Source: an uncultured Actinomycetota bacterium
GTDB taxonomy: Bacteria > Actinomycetota > Actinomycetes > Propionibacteriales > DAIQRJ01
DNA: 64,000 bases
Assembly (NCBI GenBank): GCA_963708795.1
Contig: CAVPUH010000006.1
Coordinates: 34,705 to 98,704, forward strand
Direction of reading: 5' to 3'
In this document: piece after piece, positions 23,401 through 33,804 of the stretch
Layout of the letters: each line of letters begins with the position of its first letter
How positions within the stretch are numbered: the stretch's first letter is position 1
The notes under the pieces: generated by a model
The model's database searches: none
Told to the model about the DNA's origin: nothing
Seen by the model: the letters and a program-made list of their open reading frames with translations, nothing else
Position numbers and translations under genes: made by a program

Positions 23401-23793
23401 ATGTCGACGAACGACGCGCCCGCCACCACCGCCGGAGCCCCCGTCAAGGCCTCCAAGCTGCTCACGGCCTACAAGGTGATGTCCTACATCACGGGTGTCG
23501 GGCTGATCATCCTCGTGTTCGTGGCCATGCCCATCAAGTACATCCCCGCCCTGGGCGGCAGTGAGGCGCCCGTGGCGATCGTCGGCGCGCTGCACGGTTA
23601 CCTGTACATGATCTACGTCGTGCTGACGCTGGCGCTGGCGTACACCCGGAAGTGGAAGCTGCCGAAGGTGATCCTCGTGGTGCTCGCCGGCACCATTCCG
23701 CTGGCGGTGTTCTTCGCCGAGCACCGCGTCGTCGACGACGAGCGCGGACGTGACGCCCGAGAGACTGAAGAGGCGGCCGCGGCGCGCGGCTGA
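23401..23793 (+). CDS. DUF3817 family integral membrane protein
   Basis: ORF 23293..23793. ATG 23401, with an alternative in-frame TTG 23317 behind AAGAGGAG. Motif VGALHGYLYMIYV and four TM segments. Confidence 0.65.
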   Translation: MSTNDAPATTAGAPVKASKLLTAYKVMSYITGVGLIILVFVAMPIKYIPALGGSEAPVAIVGALHGYLYMIYVVLTLALAYTRKWKLPKVILVVLAGTIPLAVFFAEHRVVDDERGRDARETEEAAAARG

Positions 23794-23798
23794 ACGGC

Positions 23799-23831
23799 CA
23801 ATCATCTCGCTGACGGTCAGCGAGACGATTG
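23799..23831. terminator. hairpin between convergent genes (possible bidirectional terminator)
   Basis: CAATCATCTCGCTGA cgg TCAGCGAGACGATTG forms a 15-bp stem with one mismatch. It sits between the DUF3817 stop (23793) and the SURF1 stop (23817), overlapping the latter. No U-tract. Confidence 0.45.
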
Positions 23832-24656
23832 AGCGGTGGCCACCGGCACGCCCGTCTCAGGGTGGTCATCCGCACGGGTTGCGTCGGCGGGTGCTGGTTG
23901 CCGGGCACGCATCACCTGCATGATCCAGGCCACGACGACGGCGATCGCGAACAGCACCCACTGGATCGCGTAGCCCAGGTTGAGGATCGACCACGAGCCG
24001 TGCACCGCGGTCATCGGCTCCGCGGGCAGGGTGAGCGTGGTAGCGGGAGTCGACTCGACCAGGCCGAGGTAGCCGTCCAGGGTCGGTGGCGGCAGCTGTG
24101 AGGCGATCCGGGCCGGGGACACCTCGGGGAGCTGGCCGGCAGGCATGGCGCTGGTCAACGTGGACGAGACACCATCGGGCGCGCCGATCCACGCCGTCAG
24201 TCGCACGTCCCCGCCCGGCGGTCGGTCGGCCGACGACGGCTCGGCGACCCATCCGCGGACGACGAGGAGGCTCGCCGGTAGCGCTGTGCCGGCGGACGTG
24301 GGCTCGAGCACGTCGAGGACGAGGTAGCCGGGGGTTCCGGTGGCGTCGGGCGTCGGGACGAGCCACTGCTTCGACGGCAGGTAGCGACCGTCGATCTGCA
24401 CGCGTCGCCCCACCATGTCCGCGCCGAGCTCGGTGGCGCCGCCGAGGACCTGCGCCGCCGGCACCGCAGCCTCGGCCCGCGACGCGGCTAGCACGGCGAG
24501 GTCGGCGTGTGGCTTGGCGCGCGAGTACTGCCAGTTCGCGAGGACCAGCATGGTGATGATCGCGACCACGGCGAGCATGCCGCCGCCGTACCAAGCCGAG
24601 CGGCTGACGCGTACTGGACGACCCAGCTTCGACGTCGGTACGAGCGTGCTGGCCAC
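23817..24656 (-). CDS. SURF1 family (cytochrome oxidase assembly) protein
   Basis: ORF 23817..24656 (GTG). N-terminal TM segment followed by LANWQYSRAKPH, and a C-terminal TM segment. Confidence 0.75.
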   Translation of the reverse strand: MASTLVPTSKLGRPVRVSRSAWYGGGMLAVVAIITMLVLANWQYSRAKPHADLAVLAASRAEAAVPAAQVLGGATELGADMVGRRVQIDGRYLPSKQWLVPTPDATGTPGYLVLDVLEPTSAGTALPASLLVVRGWVAEPSSADRPPGGDVRLTAWIGAPDGVSSTLTSAMPAGQLPEVSPARIASQLPPPTLDGYLGLVESTPATTLTLPAEPMTAVHGSWSILNLGYAIQWVLFAIAVVVAWIMQVMRARQPAPADATRADDHPETGVPVATAQSSR

Positions 24657-24684
24657 GACACAACTCTACGGCGGACGCCTCGGC

Positions 24685-25005
24685 CGCCACGGTCCCGTCG
24701 ACTGGTCGCAAAGCCACGTCCGCACGGCGTGTCCCGCTACAACACGCCCAGTCCGTCGCCCGCTCTGGGCCCTTTCCTTGGAGTGGTCGCTCACTCACCT
24801 TCGACCCGGCGTGTCCTGTGACGACACGCCCACTCCGTGCCCCGCTCTGGGCCCTTTCCTTGGAGTGGTCGCTCACTCACCTTCGACCCGGCGTGTCCTG
24901 CGAGGACACGCCCACTCCGTGCCCCGCCTCGGGCCAGCCCTCTCGACTGGGCGCAAAGCCGCGTCCGTACGGCGTGTCTCGTCACGACGCGCCCACCCGG
25001 CGCCC
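24685..25005 (+). repeat. tandem array of four 81-82-bp hairpin-containing (REP/BIME-like) repeats
   Basis: Hairpins GGCGTGTC-N7-GACACGCC are at 24808-24830 and 24890-24912, with variants at 24726-24748 and 24971-24993 (spacing 82, 82, 81). A 47-nt spacer is identical at 24761-24807 and 24843-24889. Confidence 0.9.
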
Positions 25006-25041
25006 CGAAACGGAAGTGCTTGCCACGACGCATGCATCAGT

Positions 25042-25058
25042 GGTTAGACTAACTAACC
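25042..25058. promoter_or_regulatory. inverted repeat GGTTAG-N5-CTAACC abutting the marR start codon (candidate MarR operator)
   Basis: GGTTAGACTAACTAACC ends one base before ATG 25059. No Shine-Dalgarno sequence fits in between. Confidence 0.4.
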
Positions 25059-25574
25059 ATGAACGCGATCGACGCGGCTCCGGCTGCGCAGACCAGCCTG
25101 AGCGGGCCGACATCGGAGATCACCGACGCCGAGCTCGTCTCCGCGGTGCGCATCCTCGGCCGGCTCACCCGGCTGCTGGGCCGGCTCGACACCGGCCTGT
25201 CGTTCCCGCAGTACCGGCTGCTGACGCTGCTGGCCGACGGAAACGAGCGGTCCACGGCGATCGCGCACCACCTCGCTGTGTCCAAGCCGACCATCACGAC
25301 CGCCGTCGAGGCCCTGGTCGAACTCGGCCACCTCCGACGGAAGGCCGACTCCGGCGATCGGCGCGTCACCTGGCTGGAGATCACCGACTCCGGCACCCGT
25401 GCCCTCCAGCGAGCCAACGACGCCTACATCGAACGATTCGGCCCCACCGTGCGGGCACTCGACGACCCGGCGGCCTTCGTCGCGCAACTCAGCGAACTCA
25501 ACGGCGTCCTGAACGCCGAGCGCGAGCGCGGCGGCCGCACCACCACGTCTCCCACCACTGCCCGTCAGGAGTGA
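25059..25574 (+). CDS. MarR family transcriptional regulator
   Basis: ORF 25059..25574. LSFPQYRLLTLLADG..RSTAIAHHLAVSKPTITTAVEALVELGHL..DRRV winged helix. Confidence 0.85.
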   Translation: MNAIDAAPAAQTSLSGPTSEITDAELVSAVRILGRLTRLLGRLDTGLSFPQYRLLTLLADGNERSTAIAHHLAVSKPTITTAVEALVELGHLRRKADSGDRRVTWLEITDSGTRALQRANDAYIERFGPTVRALDDPAAFVAQLSELNGVLNAERERGGRTTTSPTTARQE

Positions 25575-28500
25575 GCGCCACGAGTACCACGACCACAGCG
25601 ACCACGGCCGGCACGTCGACCGCTAGGTCCCGCGAACACGTCGACGGGGGGCCGGACGATCCGACGGGTCAGCCGACCGGGCGTCCGCTCACCCAAGCCG
25701 AGCGTGAGCGCGGCTGGATCAAGCGGCTGTTCGCGTACTGCATGCGGCACCCCTCCCTGGTGGTCGCGGCGTTCGCGGGCTCGGTCGTCAGCATGGCGGT
25801 CGGGTCCATCACCCCGTTGATCGTCCGCCAGGTCGTCGACAACGTGATCATCGCCCACACGCAGCCGATGCTCCCGTGGCTCGTCGCCCTACTGGCTGCC
25901 GGGCTCGTGAACTTCGGCGCCGGCTTCACCCGCCGCTACCTCGGCGGCAAGCTGTCGATCGACGTCCAGCACGACATGCGGCTCGAGGTCTTCGGCTCAC
26001 TGGAACGCCTCGACGGCGCGAAGCAGGACGACCTGCAGACCGGACAGGTCGTGAGCCGGGCCATCTCGGACCTCAACCTGGTCCAGGGCCTGCTCGGCAT
26101 GGTGCCGATGCAGCTCGCGAACGTCCTGCTCTTCATCATGTCGATCGTCTTGATGCTGACGCTGTCGCCGATGCTGACGATCGTGGCGCTCCTCATCGGT
26201 CCATCCCTGTGGATCGTGGCGCTCAAAGGCCGCGGCAAGCTCTTCCCGGCGAACTGGGACTCCCAGCAGCACGTGGGGGAGGTGGCCGGAGTCGTCGAGT
26301 CGTCGGTCACCGGTGTCCGCGTCGTCAAGGGCTTCGGCCAGGAGGAGCACGAGCTCGACCGCCTCGACCACACGGCGCGGCGGCTCTTCTCCTCCCGGAT
26401 GCGCACCGTCCGGCTCAACAGCTTCTACAACCCGCTCATGCAGGTGCTTCCCGCGCTGGGACAGGTCGGGGTCCTCGGCTTCGGTGGCTACCTCGCGCTC
26501 AAGGGGACGATCACCCTCGGCACGTTCCTCGCGTTCTCGACCTACCTGGCCATGATGGTCGCTCCGGTCCGGATGCTCTCGGGACTGCTCACGATCGGCC
26601 AGCAGGCGAAGGCCGGCGTGCTCCGTGTGTTCGAGGTCATCGACTCGCGGTCGACGGTCGTGGACGCACCGGACGCGACGACGCTCCCGACCGGGGCCGT
26701 CGACATCGAGTTCGACGACGTGACGTTCGGTTACACCTCCGACCAGCCCGTGCTCGAGAACGTCAGCCTGCGGGTGGCCGCGGGCGAGACGCTCGCCCTC
26801 GTCGGTACCGCGGGATCGGGCAAGTCGACCGTGTCGCTCCTGCTCCCGCGCTTCTACGACGTGCAGCACGGCGCGATCCGGCTCGGCGGAGCGGACCTGC
26901 GCCACGTCACCCTCGACTCCCTCCGTGAGCGCATCGGTGTCGTGTTCGAGGACAGCTTCCTGTTCTCCGACAGCGTGCGGTCCAACATCGGGTACGGCCG
27001 GCCGGACGCGACGCTGACGGCGATCCAGGCGGCCGCCGAAGGCAGCGGAGGCGGCCGAGTTCATCGAGGCCCTGCCCAACGGGTACGACACCGTGGTCGG
27101 GGAACAGGGACTGACGCTCTCGGGTGGTCAGCGCCAGCGCGTGGCCCTCGCCCGGGCGCTGTTGACCGACCCGCACCTGCTCCTGCTCGACGACGCCACA
27201 TCGGCGATCGACGCCCGCATCGAGGCCGAGATCCACGCCACGCTGCGGCGGGTCATGCAGGGCCGCACGACCGTGCTGATCGCCCACCGTCGCAGCACGT
27301 TGGCACTCGCCGATCGGATCGCGGTCCTCGACCGCGGGCACGTCGTCGACGTCGGCACACACGAGGAACTCGCGGCACGCTGCCCGCTCTACACCGTCCT
27401 CCTGTCCGGTCCGAACGACGACGTCGACTCGATGTCGGACGCCGAGGTCGAGGCACAGGCGGAAGCGCTCGCAGCGAGAAGTGCGGAGGACGAAGCTCGC
27501 GTCGACGGCGTGACGCCGTCGCTGTGGAAGGGCGGCGACCGCACACCAGAACGCGCCGGGGCCAGCGCCGTGGGGGCGTCAGGCAACGGCGGCGGGGGGA
27601 TGGGCGGCGGCGGTATGGGAGGCATGGGCCGCGGCGGCGGGCCTGGGGGGCCTGGCGGCCCAGGTGGAATGTTCGCCTCCCTACCGCCGACGCCTGAACT
27701 TCTCGCGCAGGTGGCCGCGTTGCCACCGGCCACCGCACAGCCGGAGATGAACCCGGACGAGGTGCGGGCGCCCGATCCGGACTTCCAGTTCCGGCACCTG
27801 CTGCGGCGGTTCCGGCTGCCGCTCCTGGTCGGCCTGCTTCTGGTCGCCGCCGACGCACTGGCGTCGCTCGTGCTCCCGGCGACCATCCGGGTCGGCGTGG
27901 ACGACGGCATCCTCCAGAACGACGGCAGCCTCATCCTGCTGTCCGCCGGCATCGCGCTCGCGGTCACCCTGGCCGACTGGGTCGTCTCGATCTACCAGAC
28001 CCGCGTCACCGGTCGCACGGGCGAGCGCATCCTCTACGCACTCCGGATCAAGCTCTTCGCCCACCTGCAACGGCTCGGCCTCGACTTCTACGAGAAGGAG
28101 ATGGGCGGCCGGATCATGACCCGGATGACCACGGACGTGGACGCGCTGTCCACCTTCGTGCAGACCGGTCTCGCGACCGCGGTCGTCAGCGTGCTGTCGT
28201 TCTTCGGCGTGCTGATCGCGTTGCTCGTCATCAACCTCCCCCTGGCCCTGGTCGTGCTCTGCGTCCTGCCGGCGGTCATCATCGCGACGCTGATCTTCCG
28301 CAAGAAGTCGGCGGTGGCCTACCAGGTCGCCCGCGAGCGGGTGAGCGCCGTCAACGCCGACCTGCAGGAGAACGTGGCCGGGATCCGGGTGGCGCAGGCG
28401 TTCCGCCGCGAGGACCGCAACGGCGAGCACTTCGCCGAACTGTCCGACGAGTACCGGGTGGCCCGCACCCGCAGCCAGCGCTACATCGCGATCTTCTTCC

Positions 28501-29501
28501 CGTTCATCGCGCTGGTCTCCGACGTGGCCACCGCGCTCGTCCTGGGCTACGGGTCGACGCGGGTCGAGAGCGGCGTTCTCACTGCCGGTGCGTTGATCGC
28601 GTTCATGCTGTACGTGAACATGTTCTTCTCACCGGTGCAGCAACTGTCCCAGGTCTTCGACGCATATCAGCAGGCTGTCGTCGGACTGCGTCGCATGTCC
28701 GATCTGCTCCGGACGCCGACGAACACCCCGGCGTCCCCGAACCCGGTGCCGGTCGGTGCACGCTTGGACGCGTCGATCCAGCTCACCGACGTCGAGTTCG
28801 CCTACACGCCCGACAGCCCCCAGGCGCTGCGGGGTGTCGACGTCCACATCCCAGCCGGCCAACGGGTTGCGGTCGTCGGCGAGACGGGCGCCGGCAAGTC
28901 GACGGTGATGAAGCTGCTGGCCCGGTTCTACGACCCGACCGGCGGCTCGGTGTCGGTCGGCGGCGTCGACCTGCGTGACTACGACCTCGCCTCGTTCCGG
29001 CATCGCCTCGGATATGTCCCGCAGGAGGCGTACCTGTTCGCGGGCACGGTCCGGGACACGATCGCCTACGGACGGCCCGACGCAACCGACGCCGAGGTCG
29101 AGGCGGCCGCGAACGCCGTCGGCGCGCACGAGATGGTGTCGCGTCTGCGTGGCGGCTACCTGCACGACGTCGGGGATCGCGGCCGCAACCTCAGTTCAGG
29201 GCAACGACAGCTGCTCGCACTGGCCCGGGCCGAGTGCGTCCGACCGGACCTGCTCCTGCTCGACGAGGCGACCGCAGCACTGGACCTCGCATCCGAGGCC
29301 GCCGTCACGCGTGCCGAGGATCTCCTGGCCCAGAAGCGGACGACGGTCGTCATCGCGCACCGACTCACGACCGCCGCGCGGGCGCAGCGGGTACTCGTGT
29401 TCGATCACGGCAAGCTCGTGGAGGATGGCTCTCATGCCGAACTCCTCGCTGCCGATGGCACCTACGCGCGTCTGTGGGAGGCCTTCGCCGGAGCGGAGTG
29501 A
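25571..29501 (+). pseudogene. single-chain (TMD-NBD)x2 ABC exporter, one frame break near 27038
   Basis: GTG 25571 overlaps the marR stop. Half 1 has GTAGSGKST and LSGGQRQR. A Gly-rich linker (GNGGGGMGGGGMGGMGRGGGPGGPGGPGG) joins half 2, which has GETGAGKST and LSSGQRQL. There is no stop between the halves in frame 27093..29501. Confidence 0.85.
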
Positions 29502-29504
29502 TCC

Positions 29505-29999
29505 GTGAGCCGGCTGCCGGTGCCCGTGCACCGGCTTGCTGCACACGTCTTCCGTCACCTGCGTGGGCGATTCCAGTGGCGCGCGCTGTGGCTGGCACAC
29601 GACAAGTTCATCGTCGGGGTGTCGGGAATCGTCGCCGACCCGGACGGTCAGGTGCTGCTGCTGCGACCCCGGTACTGGTCGGCGGCCACGTGGGGGCTGC
29701 CCGGCGGCTACCTGAAGAGCGGTGAGACACCGGCGCAGGCGTTGGCGCGCGAACTGTGCGAGGAGACCGGCCTGGTCGTGACGGACGTGCGGGACGACGG
29801 ATCGGTCTGGGGCTTCCGGCTGCGGGCCGAAGTGCAGGTGGTGGGCCACGTCCCGGCCACCGACGTCAGCACGCTGACACTCGACGCCGGCGAGATCGAA
29901 GAGGCCCGGTTCTGCCGGCCGGATGCGCTTCCGGACGACCTGCTCCCGAACCATCGCGAGCGGATCCTCCGGTGGGCGGGGGCGAACCGCCCGGCCTGA
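29505..29999 (+). CDS. NUDIX hydrolase
   Basis: ORF 29505..29999 (GTG). Nudix box GGYLKSGETPAQALARELCEETGL. Confidence 0.85.
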   Translation: MSRLPVPVHRLAAHVFRHLRGRFQWRALWLAHDKFIVGVSGIVADPDGQVLLLRPRYWSAATWGLPGGYLKSGETPAQALARELCEETGLVVTDVRDDGSVWGFRLRAEVQVVGHVPATDVSTLTLDAGEIEEARFCRPDALPDDLLPNHRERILRWAGANRPA

Positions 30000-30005
30000 G
30001 GGTGC

Positions 30006-30650
30006 TCAGCCCAGGTCGACCTCCGCGCCGACGTCGAGGTGCTCGAAGTCACCGCCGTAGGCACCCGCGAACCGTCCGGCCATGCCCTCGACCATCCCGA
30101 GGCCGGTCGCGTTGAGCAGGCCGTCGTGGATCTGGTGCGTGTGCTTCGCGCGGGTCGAGATGACGAAGTCGATCACCTCACCGACCTTCGACCACGGGGC
30201 ATGGATCGGGACGAGAACCGTGTCGACCGGCTTCGGTGGCACGACTAGCGAGTCGCCAGGGTGATACAGGACCTCGTTGACCACGTAGCCGACGTTCGCG
30301 ACCAGCGGGATCAGCGGATGGATCAGCGCGTGCTGTCCGCCGACGGTCCGGACGCCGAACCCGAGGATCTCGAGGTCCTGGTCCGGGGCGACCGTCGTGA
30401 CGCGGTCGCCGAGCGTCGCCAGGCTCGAGGCGACCGACGCGGGCGCCCAGACCCGGAGCGCGGGCTGCTCAGCGGCGGCCGCGAGCAGGGCGTCGACGTC
30501 GAGATGGTCAGGATGCTCATGGGTGATGAGCACGCCGTCGGCGCCGGCCAGCGCCGTGGCCGCGTCAGAGAACACACCGGGGTCGATGACGAAGGTGGTC
30601 GAGCCGTCGTCGAGCCGGACACAGGAATGGGCGAACTTCGTCAGCTTCAC
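30006..30650 (-). CDS. MBL-fold metallo-hydrolase
   Basis: ORF 30006..30650. HEHPDH (HxHxDH) motif. Confidence 0.8.
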   Translation of the reverse strand: MKLTKFAHSCVRLDDGSTTFVIDPGVFSDAATALAGADGVLITHEHPDHLDVDALLAAAAEQPALRVWAPASVASSLATLGDRVTTVAPDQDLEILGFGVRTVGGQHALIHPLIPLVANVGYVVNEVLYHPGDSLVVPPKPVDTVLVPIHAPWSKVGEVIDFVISTRAKHTHQIHDGLLNATGLGMVEGMAGRFAGAYGGDFEHLDVGAEVDLG

Positions 30651-30683
30651 CGTGGCACCGTAGCGCGCCGCCGAGACTCCGGC

Positions 30684-31883
30684 TCAGGTGACCGTCAGCG
30701 CCAGGATGCGGTCGTCGCCGGTTCGTGGTGTCGCGCGGCCGTCGGTGTTGTTGGTCACGAGCCAGAGGGCGCGGTCGGGGGCGAACGCGACCCGGCGCAG
30801 CCGCCCGTAGGTGTCGGCGAGGAAACGCTGTGGCTCGTCGGCGCCGTCGGCATGAAGCCGCACCCGGTACAGGCAGGTACCGGTCAGGCAGGCGATCCAG
30901 GCGATGCCGTCCCGGATCGCGATGCCAGCTGGTCCCGCGTCGTCGGTCGGCCATTGCGCTGCCGGGCTGGTGTATCCGGCGACCGACGTTCGGCCCTGCG
31001 TTTCGGGCCATCCGTAGTTCGCGCCGGCGACGACGCGATTCAGTTCGTCGGCGGTCTTGTCGCCGAACTCCACGGCCCACAGTTGCTTGCCGTCGAACGC
31101 GAGTGACTCCACGTTGCGGTGGCCGTAGCTGAACACCGTGGAGTCGAACGGATTCCCCGGCGCCGCGGTCCCGGTCCGTGTGATCCGCAGGATCTTCCCG
31201 CCGAGGCTGTCCCGATCCTGGGGGAGTGTCGTGTCCTGCCCGTCGCCGGTCCCGACGTAGAGGTAGCCGTCCGGCCCGAACACGAGTCCGCCGCCGTTGT
31301 GGTGGGTGTTGCGGGGGAGACCCGTCAAGACGTCGGTCGCGCCCCGAAGTGCGCCGTCCCGGAAGGTGATCCGGGTGATGCGGTTGTCCGAGGCGGTCGA
31401 GTGGTAGACGAACAGGTGCCGATCGGAGCTGAAGGTGGGTGAGGCCACGATCGACAGGAGGCCGCCCTCACCGTCGTGAACGACGTCAGGCATCGTGCCC
31501 ACGAGCGTTGACCGGACCCGGTTCCCCGAGCGGGTCAGCTGACGGATCTCCGCGCTGTCCCGACTGCCGAGAAGCGCCGAGCCGTCCGGCAGGAACGTGA
31601 GCCCCCACGGGGCTTCCAGGTCGGTGATGAGCGTGTCCGACACCTTGACGGTGCCGGTCGCCGGCGCTGATGCGCCAACGGTCGGCACGGGGCTGACCGG
31701 GGTGGATGCCGTGGAGGCGCTCGGCGTGGCCGCGGCGGTGGTGGGCACCGACGATGCCGTGGAGGGGCGAGGGGCGCTGTCCGACTCGCCGGACGAGTTC
31801 GAGCACGCGGCCACCGGAACGGCCGCCAGCCCGAGGAGCACTGTCCGTCGGCGCAGGCCGTGGCGCCCGGAGGGGTCGGTCAT
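30684..31883 (-). CDS. PQQ-dependent sugar dehydrogenase (sorbosone/glucose dehydrogenase family), lipoprotein
   Basis: ORF 30684..31883. Lipobox LAAVPVAAC, GHRNVESLAFD and NYGWPETQG motifs. Confidence 0.8.
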   Translation of the reverse strand: MTDPSGRHGLRRRTVLLGLAAVPVAACSNSSGESDSAPRPSTASSVPTTAAATPSASTASTPVSPVPTVGASAPATGTVKVSDTLITDLEAPWGLTFLPDGSALLGSRDSAEIRQLTRSGNRVRSTLVGTMPDVVHDGEGGLLSIVASPTFSSDRHLFVYHSTASDNRITRITFRDGALRGATDVLTGLPRNTHHNGGGLVFGPDGYLYVGTGDGQDTTLPQDRDSLGGKILRITRTGTAAPGNPFDSTVFSYGHRNVESLAFDGKQLWAVEFGDKTADELNRVVAGANYGWPETQGRTSVAGYTSPAAQWPTDDAGPAGIAIRDGIAWIACLTGTCLYRVRLHADGADEPQRFLADTYGRLRRVAFAPDRALWLVTNNTDGRATPRTGDDRILALTVT

Positions 31884-31959
31884 CGTCGCACCCTAGCCAG
31901 CGCTCGCCACCGGCTGAGGCGACAGCGTGACCCGAGGTGTCAGCCGATAGGTTGCGCGA

Positions 31960-32733
31960 ATGCAATGGCGTGGTGCAAGAGTCCTCGTAACCGGCGCGAG
32001 CGGTGGGATGGGTGAGACGTTCGCCCATGAGCTGGGGTCGCGGGGCGCCGATCTCGTCCTCGCGGCACGGTCCGTCGACCGGCTCGAGGCAGCCGCGCAG
32101 CAGATCCACGAGGAGTACGGCGTCGACGTGATCACGGTCCCCGCCGATCTCGCCCAGCCAGGTGCTGCCGGGCGGTTGTTCGCCGCTGCCACAGCCGACG
32201 GCAGGATCGACGCGGTGATCAACAACGCGGGTTTCACCAGCCACGGGGACGTCGCAGACACCGACGCCGACACCCTCGGCCGGCTGGTCGCCCTCAACGT
32301 GGCCACCCTCGTCGACCTGACCCGCCTGGCGCTGCCCGAGATGCGTGACCGAGCACGAGGCGCCATCGTCAACATCGCCTCGACGGCGGCGTTCCAGCCC
32401 ATGCCGGGGTGGGCGGCCTACGGGGCGTCGAAGTCGTTCGTGCTGTCCTTCACCGAAGCGCTGGCCGCGGAGTGCCGGGGGAGCGGTGTCGAGGTGGTCT
32501 GCGTGTGCCCGGGACCCGTCGACACCGGCTTCTTCGATTCGGCGGGAGTGAGCGACCAGATGTTCGGCCGCCCCGCGGCCGCCGAGGAGGTGGTGGCGGC
32601 GGCACTGGCCGGGCTGGGGAAGCGCACTGTGGTCATCCCCGGGGTTCGCAACCGCACGATGGCCTTGGGGAGCAGATTCCTTCCGCGGGCGCTCGTCGTC
32701 CGGGTCGCCGGGGCCCTCGTCCGCCGAGGCTGA
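31960..32733 (+). CDS. SDR family oxidoreductase
   Basis: ORF 31960..32733. TGASGGMG, NNAG and YGASK motifs. Confidence 0.9.
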   Translation: MQWRGARVLVTGASGGMGETFAHELGSRGADLVLAARSVDRLEAAAQQIHEEYGVDVITVPADLAQPGAAGRLFAAATADGRIDAVINNAGFTSHGDVADTDADTLGRLVALNVATLVDLTRLALPEMRDRARGAIVNIASTAAFQPMPGWAAYGASKSFVLSFTEALAAECRGSGVEVVCVCPGPVDTGFFDSAGVSDQMFGRPAAAEEVVAAALAGLGKRTVVIPGVRNRTMALGSRFLPRALVVRVAGALVRRG

Positions 32734-32748
32734 CCCGAGTCAGGGAGT

Positions 32749-33783
32749 TCAGAGATCCCGCCAGGCCTGCGCGAACGCGGTCAGCGCGTCGGCGCGGCGC
32801 TCCCGCCCCGGAAGCGGACTGACGACGGCGACCTCGTCGACCTGTGCGCGTGTGGCCAGTTCTCGGACTCGCGCAGCCACGTCCGCGGCCGGGCCGGCGA
32901 ACACCCGGTCAGGTGGGCCGCCGTGTTCGCGGCGGAACTCCGCCGAACGCGCATAGTCACGGATCTGGTCGAACGTCGGCCGCGGCCCACGATCGCCCGC
33001 CCGAAGTCGACTCATGAGCATCGCCCACGACGCGACGGCGGCCTCGGCCTCGTCCGGGTCGTCGGTGGCGTGCGCGATCACCGATACCGCGGACCACGGT
33101 TCCTCGACATAACCGGGCCGGAAACTCGATCGGTACTCCTGCAACGCCTCGACGGCGAGATCGGGGCTCATGTGGTGGGCGAACACCGTGCCGAGCCCGT
33201 TGACGGCGGCGAATCTCGTCCCGTACCCGCTGGACCCGAGGACGAACACGTCGGGGCTCGAGGTGACCACCGGCGCGGCTAGCACATCGCGATACGGATG
33301 GTCGTCGGGAAAGTCGTCGGCGAGGAACGCCATCAGCATCGCCAACAGCTGCGGGAAGTCGGGCACGGCATCAGGTTGCGTGCCCCGGAGCGCGAACGCC
33401 GTGAGGCCGTCCGTGCCCGGCGCCCGGCCCAACCCGAGGTCGATGCGACCCGGATGCAGCGCCTCCAGCGTGCGGAACACCTCGGCGACCTTCAACGGCG
33501 CGTGATTGGGGAGCATGACGCCGGCGGCACCGACGCGGATCGTGGAGGTGGCCGCTGCCAGGTGGGCGATGAGCACCTCGAGCGAGGTGAACGCCAGGCC
33601 GGAACTGTTGTGATGCTCGGGAACCCAGTAGCGGTGGTAGCCGGCACGTTCGGCTGCTCGAGCGACCGCGACCGTGTCGGCGATCGCCTCAGCGGGCGTC
33701 TGACCTTCGGTGATGCTGACGAAGTCGAGCACGGACAGCGGCGCAGCGGAATCCACGCGCCGACGGTAGCCGAGCGCATCCAT
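32749..33783 (-). CDS. LLM-class flavin-dependent oxidoreductase (luciferase family, group 1)
   Basis: ORF 32749..33783. GYHRYWVPEHHN...IRVGAAGVMLPNHAPLKVAE...PGRIDLGLGRAPG. Confidence 0.85.
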   Translation of the reverse strand: MDALGYRRRVDSAAPLSVLDFVSITEGQTPAEAIADTVAVARAAERAGYHRYWVPEHHNSSGLAFTSLEVLIAHLAAATSTIRVGAAGVMLPNHAPLKVAEVFRTLEALHPGRIDLGLGRAPGTDGLTAFALRGTQPDAVPDFPQLLAMLMAFLADDFPDDHPYRDVLAAPVVTSSPDVFVLGSSGYGTRFAAVNGLGTVFAHHMSPDLAVEALQEYRSSFRPGYVEEPWSAVSVIAHATDDPDEAEAAVASWAMLMSRLRAGDRGPRPTFDQIRDYARSAEFRREHGGPPDRVFAGPAADVAARVRELATRAQVDEVAVVSPLPGRERRADALTAFAQAWRDL

Positions 33784-33804
33784 GGCACCCGGTAACGTCC
33801 TGCC

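Noticed and set aside
24685-25005. CRISPR array
   Set aside because: The period is 81-82 bp and the 'spacers' are themselves repeated, including a 47-nt identical block. There are only four units and no cas genes in the window.
24818-25570. N-terminal 250 codons of the 959-aa ORF 24818..27697
   Set aside because: It runs through the 82-bp repeat array and then out of frame across marR. The real ABC gene starts at GTG 25571, coupled to the marR stop.
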